From assembly GCA_963674755.2 (NCBI GenBank), contig CAXXVS010000003.1, positions 2,432,001-2,496,000 of the forward strand: a DNA stretch of 64,000 nt. The letters are read 5' to 3'. Source of the DNA: Desulfobacterales bacterium. GTDB lineage: Bacteria > Desulfobacterota > Desulfobacteria > Desulfobacterales > UBA5852. The notes below the pieces were generated by a model. It saw only the letters and a program-made list of their open reading frames with translations, was not told where the DNA came from and did not search any database. Both the position numbers and the translations under genes were made by a program. This document shows, in pieces, positions 59,432-64,000 of the stretch (its first letter is position 1; the number at the start of each line of letters is the position of its first letter).

Positions 59432-59521
59432 ATGAACTTCCCCGCCGCAAGCGGTCGGGGTATCTCTACGGGATATATTCCCAATTCGCCGCAAGCGGCG
59501 GGGAATTGACCCTTAGAGATT
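59432..59521. repeat. Small double-hairpin element (CCGCAAGCGG repeats), possibly IS200/IS605-end derived
   Basis: CCCCGCCGCAAGCGGTCGGGG and CGCCGCAAGCGGCG hairpins. Confidence 0.35.
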
Positions 59522-59561
59522 AAAGAACACCGATATTTTCCGCGCAGACATCTGAAACAGG

Positions 59562-61340
59562 ATGTCGATCGCCAATTTTCCTGCAGAGCAGCCGATGTTC
59601 TCCTACGTCTTCATGAAAATCCTGGAAAACCGTGCGAACCGGTATGACCGCGGAATCGATGTCGCAAGTGGGGGGCACGCCAGCAAGATCAGAAAGTTCA
59701 TTGTGGCGCATTACGTCCGGAATGGCATTGCGATGCTGGACATCGGCTGCGGGACCGGCACCCTGGCGGTGGAAGCCGCGTTGGCGGGTGCGACGGTCGC
59801 CGGCATCGACATCTCCCGAGGAATGCTGGCGATCGCACGGCAAAAGGTCGCGCGCCGATCCCTGGAGGGAAGGGTCGCTCTCTACGAAGCGGGGGTCGTC
59901 GAGATAGACACGCTCTTCAAGACCGGTGACTTCGACCTGGTCACGTCCACGCTCGTCATGAGCGAGCTTTACCCGGCTGAACGGCGCTGGGCGCTCAAGC
60001 AAGTCCACGCGCTTCTGAAACCCGGCGGGATCCTCGTCATCGCGGCCGAGGTTTTGCCCAAGAACACCCTCAAACGTTTCCTGTATCGGCTTGTCCGCGC
60101 ACCGTTGTCGATTTTAACCTACCTGATCGCCCAAACCGGAACCAAACCGGTGGCCGGTCTCGATGCGGCGCTGACAGGGGCGGATTTCGATATCCTCGAA
60201 AGACGCTTCTCCTTCCTGGACAGCTTCACGGTGGTCGTCGCAAGAAAAGGCCGTAACCGCACGGCCGCGGCGCAGGATTTCAAAGCGCTCACGCCGGCGG
60301 GGGACATTTCCAGATTGAAGACCATTTGGGATTTCGGCGGCAGGTGGTTTCCCTGCCCGGTGGAACCAGGGCTGCGAATCATCGGCAAGCCCAACAGGGA
60401 TTCCCCGGTGCTGGTGACTGGGAATTTTCATCTGACCGTAAGGCGCGTGGAAAAATCGCTCGCCGGATTGTCGTGCTACCTGCTGGTGGCACCCACAGGC
60501 GGCATCAACGTATGGTGCGGTTCCGTCGGCGGCGAAATGACGGCGCATTCCGTCATCTCCGCGGTCACGACGAGCGGCATTGCCGGCATGGTCGCTCACC
60601 GGCGGATCATCCTGCCCCAGTTGTGTGCCCCCGGCGTCGACGTGACGTCCGTGCACGCCCAAACCGGTTGGCACGTCGTTTTTGGCCCTGTGTATTCCGA
60701 AGACATCCCGGCTTTCCTGGAAACGGGAAACCGGCACGCGCCAAATGCCGCCGCCCGGTTTTCCCTGCCCTTCCGTCTGGAAATGCTATTCTCCATGAAT
60801 TTCCTCGTCTGGCTGGCAGCAGCGCTCGCGTTCTTGGTGTTCAACAGTACCACCGCCCTCTACTTTTCCGCCGTATTCTGGGGGTCCGCTTTGCTGCTCT
60901 ACGCAGCCTACCCGCTGATCCCGGGGAGAAGCGGTTGGATCAAGTCACTGCTGATGGCCGTGGTTGTGTCCGCCGTCATCTTTCTCGGCCGGGCACACGT
61001 CTCGCATTGTGCCGGATGGATTGTTGTGACGGTTTTCGTCAACCTCTGGCTGGGTTTCGACCTGCGCGGCATTGTCAGTGGAGACACTTCGGAAGCGGTG
61101 CTGCTGCTCAACAAACTGCACATCGGCTCTTTCGGGAAATTGCACAAAGCCAGCTCAAAAGAATCGCTGTCGGTACGTTTGGATTACGACCGCTGCACGG
61201 TTTGCGGGCTGTGCGTCCGCCTGTGTCCAGCGAACGCCTTGAGCGAAAAGGATCGCCGCATCACACTGGAACAACCGAAGTGCATGAAATGCGGGGCTTG
61301 CGTGAAACAGTGTCCCGTCGACGCTTTGCGATTCGAATGA
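59562..61340 (+). CDS. Fusion: SAM-dependent methyltransferase + HgcA/CdhD-like corrinoid domain + TM region + 2x[4Fe-4S] ferredoxin
   Basis: LDIGCGTG; EPGLRIIGKP..DSPVLVTGNF.LT, GINVWCG, ILPQLCAPG, FGPV; about 4 TM helices; CTVCGLCVRLCP and CMKCGACVKQCP; start may be 59595. Confidence 0.85.
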   Translation: MSIANFPAEQPMFSYVFMKILENRANRYDRGIDVASGGHASKIRKFIVAHYVRNGIAMLDIGCGTGTLAVEAALAGATVAGIDISRGMLAIARQKVARRSLEGRVALYEAGVVEIDTLFKTGDFDLVTSTLVMSELYPAERRWALKQVHALLKPGGILVIAAEVLPKNTLKRFLYRLVRAPLSILTYLIAQTGTKPVAGLDAALTGADFDILERRFSFLDSFTVVVARKGRNRTAAAQDFKALTPAGDISRLKTIWDFGGRWFPCPVEPGLRIIGKPNRDSPVLVTGNFHLTVRRVEKSLAGLSCYLLVAPTGGINVWCGSVGGEMTAHSVISAVTTSGIAGMVAHRRIILPQLCAPGVDVTSVHAQTGWHVVFGPVYSEDIPAFLETGNRHAPNAAARFSLPFRLEMLFSMNFLVWLAAALAFLVFNSTTALYFSAVFWGSALLLYAAYPLIPGRSGWIKSLLMAVVVSAVIFLGRAHVSHCAGWIVVTVFVNLWLGFDLRGIVSGDTSEAVLLLNKLHIGSFGKLHKASSKESLSVRLDYDRCTVCGLCVRLCPANALSEKDRRITLEQPKCMKCGACVKQCPVDALRFE

Positions 61341-61361
61341 AGGGCAATAAACCGGACAGGA

Positions 61362-62267
61362 ATGAAAATGAACCTAAAACAAGAAACGCGTCGACCGCAA
61401 AACCTTCACATCATACCACGCAAGATGGATTTTGACTTTGCCGCGTCATTAAGGAACAGTTGTTATTGGAATGATAATAATGCGGTATCAGCGCATTTTA
61501 TCAATGCCCTTCAGGACACCTTCCCCGAAGGAGAACGCTTTTTTATGGATGCCGCCCGCCAAGCTGCCAAAATTCTGCACCAAAAAGGATTGTTGGATCA
61601 AGAGCTTGAACAGGATCTGCAGGCCTTTTCCATGCAGGAGGCCTCACATGGCTGGCTCCATCATAAATGGTCGCAGGCATTGATTGAAAGCGGATATGCC
61701 AGGTTAGCCGACTATGGCGATCAGCTTCACAGGGCGCACCTCTGGCTAAACCGGTATTTGCCTGTCAAAATGCGTCTTTCGATTACAAGTGCGGCCGAAC
61801 ATTACACCGCTTCAATCGCCTATATGCTGGTGCATATCAAACCCGAGTTGATTACGCAGTCCACCTCCCCCTTTAAAGATATGTTGCTCTATCACGCCAT
61901 GGAAGAACTTGAGCATAAAAGTGTTTGTTTTGATTTGTATCAGAAGTTATCGGGAAATTATCTCTTACGGCTGTTTGGTCTATTGTTCATCACCGTTGAT
62001 CTTTCAACACTGGTTTTTATGCGCTATCACTATTTAATGCAAAAAGACGGACTTTGGGATGTGAGACACCGGAAGTTGGCATGGCACTTTCTTTTCGGCC
62101 CTAACGGGTTGATTAAATCGATGTGGCCGAGAATCAAAAGTTATATGAAACGTTCTTTTCATCCCTGGCAAACCGATGATCGCCATGAAATGGAATCCGC
62201 TTTTGGTGATTTTATCAGAACATTAGAAATCGTGCCTTTCGAATATTCGTCAGGGCCTCCTGAATAA
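61362..62267 (+). CDS. Predicted metal-dependent hydrolase (ferritin-like ExxH motifs)
   Basis: FPEGERFF, QEASHGWLH, AEHYTA, HAMEELEHKSVCFD. Confidence 0.82.
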   Translation: MKMNLKQETRRPQNLHIIPRKMDFDFAASLRNSCYWNDNNAVSAHFINALQDTFPEGERFFMDAARQAAKILHQKGLLDQELEQDLQAFSMQEASHGWLHHKWSQALIESGYARLADYGDQLHRAHLWLNRYLPVKMRLSITSAAEHYTASIAYMLVHIKPELITQSTSPFKDMLLYHAMEELEHKSVCFDLYQKLSGNYLLRLFGLLFITVDLSTLVFMRYHYLMQKDGLWDVRHRKLAWHFLFGPNGLIKSMWPRIKSYMKRSFHPWQTDDRHEMESAFGDFIRTLEIVPFEYSSGPPE

Positions 62268-62332
62268 TCAATTTCGCTTCGCAGGTCGGCTATTTTCAGC
62301 CCTTTCATGGATGTCAGGGGTAAACGCGTAAT

Positions 62333-62421
62333 GGGGCCAAGTCTGCCCATGACCCAATTACAAGGTGAGTCATGAGCGGACTTGACCCCAAGAATCCTGA
62401 GCAGACTTGACCCCAAGAATC
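62333..62421 (+). repeat. REP-like hairpin, copy 8 (short loop) with duplicated right arm
   Basis: Palindrome 62333-62389 followed by TGAGCAGACTTGACCCCAAGAATCC. Confidence 0.88.
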
Positions 62422-62655
62422 CTCAAGAATCCACAATATCAGGAACTTAGCTTGGTCCGACCCCAGCTGCCCCCTTTTTGATGAGAAAGATCTTAAGTTT
62501 GCCGTTCTCCAGCCGATATTGCTATTCAAATATATCATTCTGGTTTGAATTCCGACAGTGCTTCCTTGGGCACTTCCGTGAATGATCCGTCTTAGTTGAA
62601 ATACATTGCAACATGGAGAATGGCAAACCAGGCAGTTATTGAAGAAAGGAGAAGT

Positions 62656-63792
62656 ATGTTTAACAAACTGTCATTTCAAAAGAAAATCGGATTCGGATAC
62701 ATCCTAACCGCCCTCGGGATCGTTGCCGCCGCCTTGCTGCAGAACCCGGTTGCCTGGGATATTTCCATGTTGTTGGCAGTGGTTTTCGGGGTCATCGCCT
62801 ATCGTACGGCTTCCGCCCATCAGAGGCGGATGTACTACTTGGAAGGCACTTTAGATGCGGTTCAGTTGCCCATTACCGTCACCGACATGGATATGAAATG
62901 GGTCTTTGTCAACAAAGTAACGGAAAGCCTGCTGGCAATGAACAATCTGGACAAGCAAAGCTGTCTGGGTAAACACTGCTCCAACTGGAAAGCGGATATC
63001 TGCGGGACTGAGAATTGCGGGATCGCCAGCCTTCGAAATGGCATCCCCCAAACCAACTACAACCAGGAATACCCGGACAAGCCCAGCACCTACATGCAAG
63101 TGGACACCAGCTATATTCAGGACAAAAATGGGAAGAACATCGGTCATGTAGAAATCGTCACCAACATCGACGCCCAATACCGGCTTCAAAACACAGTGGA
63201 GAATCTCGCGGCATCAATGGAAGAGACATCCGCATCTTTGGAGGAGATTTCGGCGGTGACGAAGAGCACCGAAGCAACCACAGCCGATGTCGACCGTCTC
63301 ATGCAGAAGGCCGGTCAAACCGTTACCGTCGTCAGCCAAGCCATGGACGACTTGACCCAATCCATGAACAATATCAAAAATGCCAGCGAGGAAACCTCAG
63401 AAATCATCAAAACCATTGATGAGATCGCATTCCAGACCAATTTGCTGGCATTAAATGCCGCCGTGGAAGCCGCCAGGGCCGGAGAGGCGGGAGCCGGTTT
63501 TGCCGTGGTTGCCGACGAAGTAAGGAATCTGGCCATGCGGGCCGCCGAAGCGGCCAGGAATACGGCGGAATTGATCGAAAGCACGGTGAAACAGATAAAT
63601 GACGGTCATAACCAGGTTATTGTGAACAATGACAATTTCAGCAAACTGTCAGAAGTCATTGACCAGACCACGGAGCAGTTCGGCACCATCTCAACTTCAG
63701 CCCGGGAGCAATCACTTGGCATTGAACAAATCAATGTAGCTGTCGCACATGTGGAGCAGGTGCTTATGGAGAACAGCGGTGGCGGTTCATAA
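62656..63792 (+). CDS. Methyl-accepting chemotaxis protein with PAS domain
   Basis: AAGGAG RBS; two TMs, PAS-like segment, [34 protein letters not shown]. Confidence 0.9.
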   Translation: MFNKLSFQKKIGFGYILTALGIVAAALLQNPVAWDISMLLAVVFGVIAYRTASAHQRRMYYLEGTLDAVQLPITVTDMDMKWVFVNKVTESLLAMNNLDKQSCLGKHCSNWKADICGTENCGIASLRNGIPQTNYNQEYPDKPSTYMQVDTSYIQDKNGKNIGHVEIVTNIDAQYRLQNTVENLAASMEETSASLEEISAVTKSTEATTADVDRLMQKAGQTVTVVSQAMDDLTQSMNNIKNASEETSEIIKTIDEIAFQTNLLALNAAVEAARAGEAGAGFAVVADEVRNLAMRAAEAARNTAELIESTVKQINDGHNQVIVNNDNFSKLSEVIDQTTEQFGTISTSAREQSLGIEQINVAVAHVEQVLMENSGGGS

Positions 63793-64000
63793 AAGCGGCT
63801 ACCAGAGGCGGCGTAGAAGTAATGGCCTATGGATGGAGAATGCCAAAGGCAAGCACAACAAATATCGATGTCTTTGCAGATCTCCATTTTGGTAGCCATA
63901 CGACATGTAGTGCTTATGGTATTCTGACAAATTTTTCAGGTAGCTCCAACGTACCGCAACCAAGGAACTTATAAGGGGCAGGTCTCAACATCTGACATGT

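Noticed and set aside
59562..61340. Calling the fusion a bona fide hgcA/hgcB mercury methylase
   Set aside because: Cap helix deviates (NVWCGSVGG versus NVWCAAGK), HgcB-type terminal cysteines are absent, and activity of fused forms is not established.
43141..62421. Hairpin repeats as a CRISPR array
   Set aside because: Spacing is 0.3-6.6 kb and irregular, intervals contain whole genes, and no cas genes are visible.

Overview
Bacterial chromosomal window whose gene content resembles anaerobic Desulfobacterota/deltaproteobacteria (inference from gene content only). The GC-rich left part holds an ECF sigma factor locus with two CBM48-like proteins, a complete complex I (nuo) operon with a fused NuoBCD, assorted accessory genes, and a sigma54-type nucleoside ABC transporter/cytosine deaminase operon interrupted by a stack of MITE-like palindromes. 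From about 38.8 kb an AT-rich accessory region carries about 10 integron gene cassettes with recognisable attC sites and three copies of an attI-like site, but no integrase gene in the window. The same region holds a 5'-truncated group IIC-attC intron, two complete IS elements with target duplications, and relics of a Y1/RAYT-type transposase. Eight same-orientation 57-62 bp GGGGTCAAGTCTGC...GCAGACTTGACCCC hairpins partition 43-62 kb into cargo modules. One module encodes a single-chain SAM-methyltransferase + HgcA-like corrinoid domain + membrane + HgcB-like ferredoxin fusion. All calls come from reading the sequence; no database searches were run.
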